From: Mobula hypostoma
Taxonomy: Eukaryota
Direction of reading: 5' to 3'
Length of the DNA: 64,000 bases
NCBI RefSeq assembly: GCF_963921235.1
Contig: NC_086097.1
Span: 9,486,001-9,550,000, forward strand
Shown here: in pieces, positions 38,743 to 51,540 of the stretch
Layout of the letters: each line of letters begins with the position of its first letter
Numbering within the stretch: the first letter of the stretch is position 1
The notes under the pieces: generated by a model
Seen by the model: only the letters and a program-made list of their open reading frames with translations
What the model was told of the DNA's origin: nothing
The model's database searches: none
Program-made: the position numbers and the translations under genes

Positions 38743-39415
38743 TTAGATTATGAGAACACTCAGTCCTCCTTTATTGTCATTTAGAAATGTATACATGCAT
38801 TAAGAAATGATACAATATTTCTCTGGAGTGATAGCACAGAAAACAGGACAGACCAAAGACTAACACTGACAAAACAACAAAATTATAAAGTATAGATACA
38901 GTAGTGCAAAGCAATACCATAATTTGATGAAGAACAGACCATGGGCACAGTAAAAAAAAGTCTCAAAGTCCTGAGTCGATGGACTCCCGAGTCCCCGATA
39001 GCAGGTGGCAAAAGGGAGAAACTCCCTGCCATAAACCTCCAGGCACCGTCAACTTGCCGATACCTTGGAAGCAGCTGACCACAGCCAACACTGAGTTCAT
39101 CCGTCCGAAAACTCCGAGCTTCCGACCAGCCTCCCGAACGCCATCCTCTGCCGAGCGCCTTTGACCTTGCCCCAGCCGCTGAAACATGCAAAGCCAAGGA
39201 TTTCAGGGCCATCAGCTCAGGAGATTTCTGTTACCACACAGTAGCAGCAGCAGCAAAGCAGGCATTTCAGAAGTTTTCCAGATGTTCCTCCGCACTCTCA
39301 CGTCTGTCTCCATCAAATCAGAATTGTGCACGGTCCCCTACTTAACAGTTGACAGACATCATCACCGAAGTGGCCGCGCGCGCTGCCGTCGCACCGCCAT
39401 CTTCTCCCCCCTCCC
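38743..39415 (-). mobile_element. Apparently full-length non-autonomous retroelement with a CpG-rich 5' end
   Basis: Minus-strand 5' end GGGGGAGAAGATGGCGGTGCGACGGCAGCGCGCG; 3' end GACAATAAA...CTCATAATCT. No convincing ORF; inserted in a Rex1-like 3' UTR. Confidence 0.7.
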
Positions 39416-39754
39416 TGTTCAACCAGGAATGACTGCAAGAAAATGAATCTCAAGGTAGTATATGGTGACATATTTGTACTTTGATAATCAATTTACTTTG
39501 AACTTTGATACATCTAAAGATGTTTAACAAAATATAATATTTGTGTGTCAGTGATAAAATTACATAGACATCTGTAATTTTGCATCCATGATATTATGTC
39601 CACCATACTCTTGATTTTCCCTATAGGGCCAAAAAGATCTTAATAATAATTTTGACCAAAGATAGCTGATAAGATTTTCTTTTCAGATCTAATTTGAGGT
39701 ATTACACATTTAGGTGATTTTGGTCAACTTTACCTAAAAAAGAGAAATGGAAAT

Positions 39755-40040
39755 TTTTTTTCTTAGTGACATACGATGTGGAATAGGCCTTTCTTACTCT
39801 TTGAGCCACGCCCACCCAGCAATCCCCAATTTCATCCTAGCCTAATCAAGGGACAATTTACAATAACTAATTAACTAACGGCTGTTATGTCTTTGGACTA
39901 TGTGAGGAAACTGGAGCACCAGGAGGAAACCCCCATGGTCATGGGGAGAACGTACAAACTCCTTACAGACTGTAGCAGGAATTGAACCGTGGCCGCCTGT
40001 GCTGTAAGGCATTGTGCTAACCACAATGCCACTGTGCCAT
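39755..40040 (-). mobile_element. HE1/V-SINE-like SINE
   Basis: GGGACAATTTACAATAACTAATTAAC..TCTTTGGACTATG and B-box GGAATTGAACC. Confidence 0.78.
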
Positions 40041-40212
40041 CCATTACTGTGGAAATCAGCTACAACTTAAAACAGTCAGACAAGGCATTGACCACATTTG
40101 GAGTACTGTGAGCAGTTTTGGATCCCATATCTCAGGAAAGAGGTGATGATTTCAGAGACAGTTCAGAGGAAGTTTAAAAGAATGATTCTAGAGATGAAAA
40201 AGTTAATGTATG

Positions 40213-40704
40213 TCAAGCACCTCCGCTCTGTCTGCCACAACAGACAGGATCTCCCGGTAACCACCCACTTCAACTCTGCTTCCCACTCCCATTCAGATAT
40301 GTCCATACGTGGCCTCCTCTACTGCCATGATGAGGCTAAACTCAGGTTGGAGGAGCAACACGTCATATACCATCTAGGTAGTCTCCAGCCCCTTGGTATG
40401 AACATAGAATTCTCCAACTTCTGGTAATTCCCTCCTCCTCCCTTCCTCTATCCCTATGTCACTCTGCCCCCTCCCCCAGATGCCTATCACCTCCCTGCTT
40501 CCCCTCCCCCACCCCTTTATCTTTCCCCTTACTGGTTTTTCACCTGAAACCCACCAGCCTTCTCCTTCCCACCCTCCCCCGACCTTCTTTATAGGGCCTC
40601 TGCCCCTTCCCTCTTCAGTCCTGACGAAGGGTTCTGACCCGAAACGTTGACTCATCGTTTCCACGGATGCTGCCTGACCTGCTGAGTTCCTCCAGTGTGT
40701 TGTG
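40213..40704 (+). mobile_element. Penelope-like 3' fragment (GIY-YIG C-terminus and pLTR)
   Basis: HLRSV..PVTTHFNSASHSHSDMSI..LEEQHVIYHLGSLQPLGMNIEF; 8-bp TSD AATGTATG at 40205-40212 and 40705-40712. Confidence 0.9.
40617..40652 (+). ncRNA. Minimal hammerhead ribozyme motif
   Basis: AGUC-CUGACGA-A-GGGU(UCUG)ACCC-GAAA-CG-UU-GACU; stems I and II are fully Watson-Crick paired. Confidence 0.8.
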
Positions 40705-41529
40705 AATGTATGAGGAGTGTTTGATGGCTCTTGACCTGTACTCACTGGAGATGAGAAAGGTGAAGGGAATCTCATTGAAACCTACCCAATGATTGAAAGG
40801 CTAAGATAGGGTGGATGTGGAGAGGATGCTTTCCATTGTTTAGGAGTCTAGAACCAGTTTCTGAAAGGCCTGGACTGAACGGAAGTGGAGAGGATGTTTT
40901 CAGTAGTGAGAGAGGGCTGGATCAGAGGACAGAGTCTCAGAGGAAAAAGTATGTCCCTTTAGAAAGGAGATGAAGAGGAATTTCTTCAGCCAGAGTGTTG
41001 TGAGTATGTGGAATACATTGCCACAGGAATCTGTGGAGGCCAAGTCACACAGAAAATAGAAAGTGTGAAAATTGATAGGCATTTGATTAGTTATGGTGCC
41101 AAAGATTAAAGGGAGAAGGCAAAAGAATAGGGTTGAGAGGGAAAAATAAATCAGCCATGAATGAACCATGGAACTGATTTCATGGACCAAAAGGCCTAAT
41201 TCTGCTCCTATGTCTTGTTGTCTAAAGGCATTGCTTCAATACCTTTGACATGAAGGAAATCTAAACATACTCTTAAACTCCATTTAATTTTGACTAAAGT
41301 TCAAGATTGGTCAAGGAAAAGCAAAGGGGAAAAAAATTCAAAAGGACTGTAAATTTATTGACTGACGTGTGTACAAAGCATCCACTACTTCATTGGATGG
41401 TACCTTGCAAGATCTTTGACAAAATAATAAATTATTGGAAGGTGCTGTCTGGAGTTTCTTTGTCAAGTGATGCTAATAATTCCATGCAGTACCAAGATGA
41501 AATGAAAACCTGTACTGAAATATTATTTT

Positions 41530-43140
41530 GGATCATTGGGCTCTCTTCCAAGGAAGGTGGGGCCTGTACAGGAGGGATAGTTTGCACCTGGACTAGAGGG
41601 GAACCAATATCCAAGTGGGAAGGTTTGTTAATGCTGCATAGTGGACTTTAAACTAGAGATTCATGGGGATGGAAAGCAGAGTGTCAGAACAGTTAGTGGA
41701 GAGGGTATGGAGGTACAATATCAGACAAAGTTAGGAATCAAAAGGTTGAGCGTGGTGTGACTAATGCCCTGAGCTGCCTATATTTAAATGCAAGAAGTAT
41801 TGTAGGAAAGGCAGATAGTAGTGCTGAGGATGAAGTAGCTCATACAGACAGAGGCAAGGTGCAGTGAGGAGAAGCTGTTGATAGGGCAAGATTGTAGTCA
41901 ACAGGATGAGTTACAAAATAAAAGGTGGACAATTTTGAAAAGGGTGAATACAGGACTGATGGTGTTACATTTGAATGCATGCAGTATATGGAATAAGGTA
42001 AATGAACTTGCATCACAGTTGTAGATTGGCAAATATGATGCTGTAGACATCACTCAATCATGGCTGAAAGATTGTAGCTTGGAGCTTAATGTCCAACAAT
42101 GCACATTGTATTGAAAGGATTGGCAGGAAGGCAGGGGGCAGCATTGCTTTGTTGGTAAAAATGAAATGAAATTATTAGAAAGAGGTGACATAGGGTCAGA
42201 AGGTGTTGAATCATTGTGGAAGAGTAAACAGGCCCTGATGGGAGTTGTATACAAACCCCCAAACAGTAGTTTGGCCTACAAATGACAACGTGAATTAGAA
42301 AATTCATGCCAAAAGAGCAATGTTACAATGGTCATGGGGGACTTCAACATGCAGGTAGATTGGGAAAATCAGGTTGGTGCTGAATTTCAGGATGGGGAAT
42401 TTCTAGAGTGCCTACGAAATGGCTTTTTAGAGCAGCTGGTGCTTGAGCCTACTAGAGGATCAGCTATTCTGGACTGGGTATTGTGCAATGAACCAGAATT
42501 GATTAGAGAGCCTAAGGTAAAAGAACCCTTAGGGAAAGTGATCATAATATGATCAAATTCACCCTGAAATTTGAGAAGGAGAAACTAAGTCAGATTTATC
42601 TGGATTATAGTGGAGTGAAGGGAATTACAGAGGCAGGAGAGAGGAATTGGCCAGAACTGATTGGAAAAGAACACTGGCAGTGATGATGGCAGAGCAGCAA
42701 TTGCTGGAATTTCTGGAAGCAATTCAGAAGGCACAGGATAGATACATCCCAAAGCGGAAGAAGTATTCTAAAGGAAAAATGACACAACCATAGCTAACAA
42801 GAGAGTCAAAGGCAAAAATAAAAGCCAAAAAGCAAAAATTGTTGGGAAGTTGGAGGATTAGGAAGCATTCAAAAACCAATAGAAGACAACTAAAATTTCA
42901 TTAATAAGGTAAAGATAGAATAGAAAAGTAAGCTAGCCAATAAAATTAAAGAGGATATCAAATGTTTCTTCAGCTACCTAAAGTGTAAAAGTGAGGTGAG
43001 AGTGGATGTCAGACTGCTGGAAAATTATCCAGGAGAAGTAGTAATGGGGACAATGAAATAGTGAGTGAACTGAATAATTATTTTGCATCAGTCTTCACTG
43101 GGGAAGGCACAAGTAGTATGGTGGAAGTTCCAGGTGTCAG
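41530..43140 (+). mobile_element. Degraded CR1 LINE (ORF1 end and APE endonuclease), same subfamily as 20416-23030
   Basis: YLNARSIVGKAD, HLNACSIWNKVNEL, VMGDFNMQVDW..PTRGSAILDWVLCN and ELNNYFASVFT. Confidence 0.88.
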
Positions 43141-43164
43141 GAGGCTTTCTCTCTGTAACTTTCG

Positions 43165-43610
43165 ATGTCATGTCCAAAGAGGAACCCATTCTCCTTATCT
43201 GTCTAAATCATTCTGCAGCTTGCCTTTTTCCCCAACTCTACCCGCCCCTCCATTAATCTTTGCATCATCTGCAAACTTGGCAATGAAGCCATCTCTTTCA
43301 TAATCTAAATCATTGATATATATAGCATAAAAAGAAGCGGTCCCAACACCAACTCCTGCAGAACACTACTATTCACTGGCAGCCAAACAGAAAAGGACCC
43401 CTTTATTCCCAATCACTTCCTCCTACTAATCAGCCAATGCTTCAACAATATCAGTAAATTTCCTGTAATACCACGGGCTCTTAACTTGGTAAGCAGCTTT
43501 ATGTGTGCCACCTTGTCAAAGACCTCCTGAAGGTGCAAATTGACAACATCCACTGCATCTCTTTTATCTATCCTACTTCTAATCTTCTCAAAGAATTTCA
43601 GCAGGGTCAT
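43165..43610 (-). mobile_element. CR1 RT fragment in the opposite orientation
   Basis: LLKFFEKI..DVVNLHLQEVFDKVAH, and KFADDAK on the minus strand. Confidence 0.8.
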
Positions 43611-44694
43611 TTCATCATTTGAGGCTTAGAGGGACATGGATCAGCCATGATAAAATGGCAGAACAGACTGAATGAGCCAAATGGCCTAAATCTGCTCCTC
43701 TATCTTATCGTCTTATGGGAGAACATTATTATCACTTCTCAGTCCATGTTGGAAAATTAGTGAGGACTTGCTACATGTGGGCATGGATTGATTGATTTGC
43801 TGAGGAGTTGTAAACAGAAATGAACATTGTGCAACTGTGCACTTCCGGTTATGTTGCAAAGAAGTTTATTGATAGAACACATGACATAACATAGTACAGG
43901 CCCTAAATTTTAACCTACTCTAAGATCAATCTAACCCTTCCCTTCCAAATAGCCTTCCATTTTTTTCCATCAATTTGCCTATCTAAGATACTCTTAAATG
44001 TTCATGATGCATCTGCCTCTACCATCAACCCTGGCAGGGTGTTTCACACACACGCTGTTCTCTGTGTGAAAAAATCCCCACCTCTGACATCCCCCACTAG
44101 ACTTTCCTCCAATTGCCTTATGCTGCTCGTATTAGCCATTCCTTCCCTGAAGATAGGTCACTGGCTGTCCACTCTATCCATGCCTCTTATCACCTTATAC
44201 AACTCTATCACCAACCCTTCATTATTGCTCCAAAGAGGTAAAGCAGTTGAATACGGTTGGTCAGAAGACACAGCCCCAAGGATCTCCTCCAGTAATGCTT
44301 AGGGCTCTAGTAACTATGAAACTCAAAGTTCAAAGTAATTTATTATCAAAGTACATATATGTCACCATATACAACCCTGTGATTCATTTTCTTGTGGGCA
44401 TAGTCCATAAATGCATAACAAAATAATATCCATGATAACATCAATCAAAGACCTCATCAATGCTCCTCCTACATGTGAGTATTTTCCTTAGGTATCTTAG
44501 TAATTTCAGTTTGAGCAGGGTTCTTTGATGCCATACACAGTCAAATGCAGCTAAGCAGTTAGGATCGATTGCTTCAACCTCATCTCTGATTTCAGCTCCT
44601 TGGGACACTGTTGAATCTAGGCATCAGTGAATATGTTATTGGTTTTAAGTGCTACGTATTGAAGAATACTTCCTCACTTTACCAATTGCTCAGG

Positions 44695-46255
44695 GTACTT
44701 CATACTTTATTGTCGCCAAACAATTGATACTAGAACATACAATCATCACAGCGATATTTGATTCTGCGCTTTGCGCTCCTTGGAGTACAAATCAATAGTA
44801 AATATTAAAAATTTAAATTATAAATCATAAACAGAAAATAGAAAAAAGGAAAGTAAGGTAGTGCAAAAGACCGAGAAGCAGGTCCGGATATTTGGAGGGT
44901 ACGGCCCAGATCCGGGTCAGGATCTGTTCAGCAGTCTTATCACAGTTGGAAAGAAGCTGTTCCCAAATCTGGCCGTACGAATCTTCAAGCTCCTGAGCCT
45001 TCTCCCGGAGGGAAAAGGGACGAAAAGTGTGTTGGCTGGGTGGGTTGTGTCCTTGATTATCCTGGCAGCACTGCTCCGACAGCGTGCGGTGTAAAGTGAG
45101 TCCAAGGACGGAAGATTGGTTTGTGTGATGTGCTGCGCCGTGTTCACGATCTTCTGCAGCTTCTTTCGGTCTTGGACAGGACAACTTCCATACCAGGTTG
45201 TGATGCACCCTAGAAGAACGCTTTCTACGGTACATCTATAAAAATTAGTGTGGGTTTTAGGGGACAGGCCAAATTTCTTTAGCTTTCTCAGGAAGTAAAG
45301 GTGCTGGTGGGCCTTCTTGGCAGTGGAGTCTGCTTGGTTGGACCAAGTCAGGTCATTTCTGGTATTGACCCCGAGGAACTTAAAGCTTTTGACCTGTTCC
45401 ACTTACACACCACCAATGTAAATTGGGTCGCGTGATCCACTACTCCTTCTGAAGTCAACAACCAATTCCTTCATCTTGCTGACGTTGAGGGATAGGTTAT
45501 TGTCTTCGCACCAGGCCACCAGGTTCTTAATTTCCTCTCTGTACTCAAACTCATCATTACCCGAGATACGGCCTACAATTGTTGTGTCATCAGCAAACTT
45601 ATATATTGAGTTTGATGGAAACTTGGCTACACAATCATGGGTGTACAGTGAGTACAGCAGGGGGCTGAGTACACAGCCTTGTGGGGCATTGGTGCTCAGA
45701 GTGATTGTAGAGGAGAGCTTGTCCCCTATTTTTACAGCCTGGGTCCTGTCTGTGAGGAAGTTGAAGATCCAGCTGCAGACCTGAGTGCTAAGGCCCAGGT
45801 TCCAGAGTTTAGGAATCAGTTTATTTGGAATGATTGTATTAAAGGCAGAGCTGTAGTCAATGAAAAGGAGCCTTACATATGCGTCTTTATTCTCCAGGTG
45901 TTCTAAGGAGGAATGTAGGGCCACAGAGATGGCATCTGCCATTGACCTGTTGCTCCGGTAGGCGATTTGCAAAGCGTCAAAGTAGACCGGTAGGCTGTGG
46001 TTGATGTGTGCCATAACCAATCGCTCGAAGCACTTCATAGCAATTGGTGTCAGAGCCACAGGTCGATAGTCATTCAGGCATGCCACCTTGCTCTTCTTCG
46101 GCACTGGGATTATCGTTGCCTTCTTAAAACACGAGGGGATCTTAGACTGAAGCAAGGAGCAGTGAAGATGTCAGCAAACACTCCAGCTAGCTTGCTTGCA
46201 CAGGCCCGGAGAACCCGTCCTGGGACGCCATCTGGGCCCATCGCCTTCCTTGGAT
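44695..46255 (-). mobile_element. Young 5'-truncated Rex1/Babar-like LINE; RT frame broken by one stop
   Basis: ORFs 45403..46155 and 44917..45402 are contiguous and in frame: [61 protein letters not shown]. 3' end GACAATAAAGTATG. Confidence 0.93.
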
Positions 46256-46269
46256 AACATAACAATTGG

Positions 46270-46495
46270 GTAGCATATCTGAACAGTAATTAGTCAGATT
46301 GTATTTGATTCCTTTTTATGAACAGCACAGAGCTGGATAATTTTCCACATTGATACGTGGATGCCAATGTTGTAACTGCACTGGAACAGCTTGGTTAGAG
46401 ATGGAGATGATTTTGCAGCATGGTCGTTCAGTACTACAGTTGGGATTCTCCCTGGTCCCATAGCTTTTGCTGTCTCCAATATCCTGGCAAGTGTA
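46270..46495 (-). mobile_element. Old L2/CR1-type RT fragment; probably continues at 44460-44690
   Basis: KAMGPGRIPTVVL..LTKLFQCSYNIGI..WKIIQLCAVHKK. Confidence 0.6.
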
Positions 46496-47399
46496 TAAAC
46501 TGAAAATGTTGGAATAAAAAAAAATCTCAACAGGTCAGTGCTGGCTTGTGGACTGTAATTTTGATAGACTCTGGATCACAGATTCTTTGGGGCTTCTGTT
46601 GTTGCTTACCTGGTGAGGGGGCTGGTGGTTCTGTTGGTGTGAGTGAGGGGCTGTCGATGTTTTTGCTGCTGCTTGTGCGAAGGGAGGAGGAGGGGAGGCT
46701 ATGGGGCTTCAGTGTTTCTCTGATTCATTCAATGGAGTTTCTTTGTTTCATGGATGTCTCTGATGAGGACAAATTTCAGGTTCTGTACTGTATACAAAGG
46801 CTGATATTAAATGTAACTTTGAACCTTCGATAATCTTTGGAAAGAGAAGCATTTAGAAAAGGAGCCTACTTGTGACCAAAACATATGGACTGTTAGATAA
46901 TAGCGACTATATTTCAATAAGAGTTTGAGGAGATCTGGTACGTCACCAGAGACTTTTGTAAATTTCTACAGATGTGTCGTGGAGAGCATTTAGACTGACC
47001 GTATCACAGTCTGATACGGGGTGTGGGGGCTACTGCACAGGATTAAAAGAAAATGCAAGACGTTGTGACTTAGTCAGCTCCATCATGGGCAATAACCTGC
47101 CCAGCATCCAGGACACCTTCAAGGAGCAATACCTCAAAGGGGCTAAGTTCACTCAGCTCATTTGCCCCGTCATTGAAATGCTCCCACAACTGATGGTTTG
47201 ACTTTCCAGGACTCTTCATCTCACGTCTCGATATTTATTGTTTATTTATTATTATTTTTAGTTTTCGTCGGCTCAAGCTGGTAAAATCTGTGATCCGGGC
47301 AGAGCTAAGCATGCTTATTTCTCAATTGCTAGGAACTTTCGGACTATTCTAGTGATGTTTAGTAGCGTAGCTATCAGGATATTTACATAGATTTGCTGT

Positions 47400-48078
47400 G
47401 TAACCCTAATTGTTTACTGCTGTTCTTGGACTACAGTTCAGCATTCAACACGATAACTCCCCCCAAGCTCGACAAGAAGCTGAGAGACCTTGGCATGCAC
47501 CCCACCATGTGCAGCTGGGTCCTTAACTTCCTGTTGGATCGCTGGCACCTGGTAAGGATGGGAACCCTCACCTCAGCCTCTCTGACCCTTAACACAGGAG
47601 CCCGCCAGGGCTGTGTACCTAGTACCCTCCTCTACTCCCTATACACCCACAACTGTGTTGCCTCGCATAGCTCCAGATCAAAATTGCAGATGACACGATA
47701 TTGATAGGCCCTATTTCCAACAATGATGAGGTAGCCTATGGCGGAGAAGTCAATGCCCTGACACAGTGGTGCCAAGAAAACAACTTCTCCCTCAATGCCG
47801 AAAAAATGAAGAAGTTAGTCGTGGATTACAGGAGGAAGGGAGACAGGCTAGCTCTTATTGACGTCAATGGGACTATAGTTGAGAGGGTGAGTAGTTTCAA
47901 GTTTCTTGGTGTACAGATCTCAGAGGATCTCACCTAGGCTGTACATACTGACTGTGTTGTGAAAAAAAAGCACACAGCACTTCTTTCACCTCAGACGGCT
48001 AAGGAAGCTTAGCATAAATCCCCAAATCCTCAGGACTTTCTACAGGGGAACTATGGACAGCATCCTGACTGTCTGTGT
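47400..48078 (+). mobile_element. Rex1/Babar-like RT fragment
   Basis: [30 protein letters not shown] and WCQENNFSLNA..FKFLGVQISEDL. Confidence 0.85.
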
Positions 48079-48079
48079 T

Positions 48080-48255
48080 ACCAACAAGAGAAAATCTGCA
48101 GATGCTGGAAATCCGAGCAACACACACAAAATGCTGGAGGAACTCAGCAGGCCAGGCAGCCTCTATGGAAAAAAGTACAGTCGATGTTTTGAGCCAAAGC
48201 CCTTTGGCAGGACTTCAAAGAAAACCTTTGAAGAGTTTCGGCCCAAAAAGGTTTT
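48080..48255 (-). mobile_element. Degraded Penelope 3' terminus
   Basis: TCTGCAGATGCTGG...CACACACAAAATGCTGGAGGAACTCAGCAGG, with a decayed hammerhead and a short inverted copy. Confidence 0.7.
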
Positions 48256-48309
48256 TACTTCCTTATGTTGTGAGATGAATATCAGAAATAAAATTCTAAT
48301 TCTAATTCA

Positions 48310-50590
48310 AATACTGACTTTGAGAAGATACCAATTGTTGACGTCACTATTGGGACAATGTACACCCTGTTCATGTTCCATAGTCTTTCAACTTCCTCCT
48401 TCTATTCAGCATATTTCTGTTGTTTTTCACTTCTTAATTTCTGTATGTTATGTGTATTTGGAATGGTATTACAGGAACAATTGTTACATGCTCAAGGAGA
48501 TGTATTTTCTTTGTGAGAATGATGTAATGGTCTTTTGGAGATCACCTGATGTGACTTTCCTGCCGATGTGAGGTCACGTGATGACATGTGCCCCGTGACT
48601 ATATAAGGGTTGACCCAGGTGATGCAGTAGGTTTTTGGAGTTTGTAGATTTCCAGGTAGAACATGTTGTATCTCCATTTCTGTTGCGTGTTTGTTTTTGG
48701 TGACGCAGTTTCATTTTTAAAATGGTTGTGGATTAAGTTGCAAGATACCATTATTATTTGGACTGGAAATTTTTGCTAGATGTGTTGATTTACTCAATTC
48801 CAATATTCGAAGGGAGAGTGAAGAATTCATCGAAGTGCAGGATCGAAGGATCGAGAGAAGTCGACATCATTTGGCAGTTTAATAAAGGATCGACCTTATT
48901 GAGTCTTCGTTGGAGTAGCAACCTGCATCGAGATAACTCTTGCCAAAAGAGAAAGGAGTTCATGCAAAGGTGTGTTCTCTATCTCTAAAGGAATTTAAGG
49001 TTAGTTGATTTAAACTGTTTATTTTTGGCATCATGAGTCCTGTGGACAGAACCAGCAGTAAAGTTGCGTCTGTGAAGAAATCCTTCTCCAGAGAAGTCTC
49101 TCCCAATTGAATGTGTAAATCTGTTGAACTTTCGAAGTTATCGCTTTAAGAACTATATCTGACTGTATCGCTTTAAAAACCAGAGCCGAGTGGCGAGTTG
49201 GTGAACGGCTGCATGTCTATTAACTTCTGGTTAAAGTTTTCGTTTGTTTTTTTTTCCTTATCGTTTATCGGTGCTTAATAAATGTTTGGTTATTTTTATA
49301 TAACCTGTCTCGATTGATATTCATTGTTGATGGTTACGTAACACTATTAAGTAAAATCCTGCAATATTATACCCGAATGTCTGTTATGGATTGCCCTATC
49401 CGTAATAATGGATCAGTTGTATTATAGTTTGTGGGACTCTGATTCTAAAGCTGGATCAGGCTTGTATTTGCAGTAAGGTATGGTTTATTTTATGAGTTTG
49501 TATTTTTAAGTAAGATTTTGGTGAATGAAGCTTGCCACCTGATTGTGCCTGTGTAAGTAATCAGATTGAGTTAAACTGCTGCAGGATCTTGTAATATGTT
49601 GGATTGTTTCTAAATTCTCTTGGCATTTTCTGCATTTATCATCTTGAATTTGTTGGTCTTTTATTTTGTATTTTTGATTATTTTTTGTATTAACTACCTG
49701 GTCCTGTATTGCCACAATGAACCCCACTGTTTCTGGAAAGAGGTCTACAACTCTGAGCCAGGTGTTCAGCACTTCCTTGTCGACATCTACTCTGCCAAGA
49801 TAGTACAGAAGTCTTCCATGGAGGTCGTGCTGTTCCGTTGGTGATAATTCCTTCATTTTAACGGGCTGTGTTTTCATTTAGCTTTCATGGTGTGTACTTC
49901 TTATCAGAATTGCATATGTCTGCGTGAATCCTGTCTTTGTTGATAATATATCCTCAGTAACTGACTGTTGTGTAATTTCTTTAATGTTTGCTATTCCTCT
50001 TCCACCTTCTGTCCTAGGTAGCGTTAATCTAAGTGCATTTGAGCGTATATAGTGTTTTCTAAAGTTTGTCATTTCAGTTCCTACTTTTATTTGTAAATTT
50101 TCTAGATCGGTTTTGGACCAAGATAGGATGCCAAAATAATACGTTAATATGGGTATAGTGAAGGTGTTTATTGCCTTTGTTATATTTTTACAATTGAGCT
50201 CTGTTTGGCAGATCTTCTTAAGCCTTGAAGTAAATCTTGTTTGAAGTTTTCTCTTTATCATACTATGATCTATTTTCTTTGCTTGTTTATATCTTAGATA
50301 CTTACATGTTTCATATTCATACATTGATTGTATTGTATCCTGCTGCTCTGTTTGTATTCTACTAGCTCTATTGCACCTTTCTTTATGTTTAATGTTCTGC
50401 AGTTATCTAGTCTAAAGTTCATGTTTATATCTTTCGAAAACAGTTCTACTATTTGAATTAATTGCTTTAGCTTTACTGATGAAGGAGCATGTAATTTCAA
50501 ATTGTCCATGTATAGAAGGTGTGTCAAGGTATAATTCGTTTGTTTCTGATTTGATACCCTATTTTCATCGGATTCAGTAAATTAGAGTAA
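48310..50590 (-). mobile_element. R4-clade non-LTR retrotransposon remnant, split by a solo LTR
   Basis: THLLYMDNLKL (YMDD box), KAINTFTIPILTY, RLTLPRTEGGRG, AIQDQVV..CRKCQENLETIQHITRSC..YLHRHNQVA. The REL C-terminus (IPNTHN..RLWNMNRVYIVPIV) lies at 48310-48480. Confidence 0.85.
48482..49343 (+). mobile_element. Solo LTR (862 bp)
   Basis: Termini TGTTAC...GTAACA; flanks CAAT/CTAT; TATATAA at 48600-48606 and AATAAA at 49277-49282. Homologous to 24766-25633. Confidence 0.9.
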
Positions 50591-51540
50591 ATTATTATTT
50601 TTTTCTTTCTTTTTGCATTTGCACAGTTCGTTGTCTTTTTCACACTGGTGCATTTGAGCATAAAATATAGAAATCATCTCTTCACTCCATGCTGACCAAC
50701 AGTTATCTATCCATGGTAATTCCATTTATCGGCATAACCTATTTTTCCTTGGTGGTTTAGGTGTTTCTTAAATGTTATGAGAATATCAGTCTCCAACAGG
50801 TGCCTTCTCAGGTTGTGTATTCCAAATTGGTGTCATTCTCTGGGACAAAAAGTTTTATTTCTGATTTCCTGATAGCACTTAAACTTTACCTTAAATCTAT
50901 GTTCTCTGATCTTAGACTCCTTTGCAATGGGGAAAAAGTTCACAAGGCTTATCCACAATAAGCCTTATAACTTGTCTGGAAGAATTCTTACTTCCTCTTA
51001 AAGATTCCTCTCTTCTTTATCTTTAATGCAGAGTACGTGGTAGAGCACAGAAGCTGAGCCTTTGGCCCAGCATCTCCATACTGACCATCAAATCCTTTCT
51101 ATAACACTTACTGTGAACAAGCACTTGGTTCACAGCTGACTATGCATTGGCAATTAAAGTGCTCATTTCAGATGCTTGTTGAATTTTATTTTTATTTTTA
51201 TTTATTCATTGAGATACAGCATGGAACAGGCCCGTCTGGCCCTTTGAGCTTTATCAGCCAGCAACACCTGATTTAACTCTAGCCTAATTGAAGTTCAAAG
51301 TTCAAAGTACATTTATTATCAAAGCATGTATATATTATAAGTCCTTGAGATTTTCTCTTAACAGGCAAAGCAAAGAAACCCAAAAGAACACATAAAAAAG
51401 GAGGACTGTCATATGCCCAGTGTGCAGAGAAAAAAACAATCATGCAGATAATAAACACAAGATTATAGCATTCAGAACTGAAGTCCACAGAGAAAGTCCT
51501 GTCCACAGGCCCTTAGTTCAGTGCAGAGCAGAGCAGCAAG

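Larger units (their letters stand above)
40070..41225 (+). mobile_element. CR1 LINE 3' fragment interrupted by Penelope
   Basis: LEYCEQFWIPYLRK..VQRKFKRMI; resumes at 40713 and ends CCTAATTCTGCTCCTATGTC. Confidence 0.82.
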
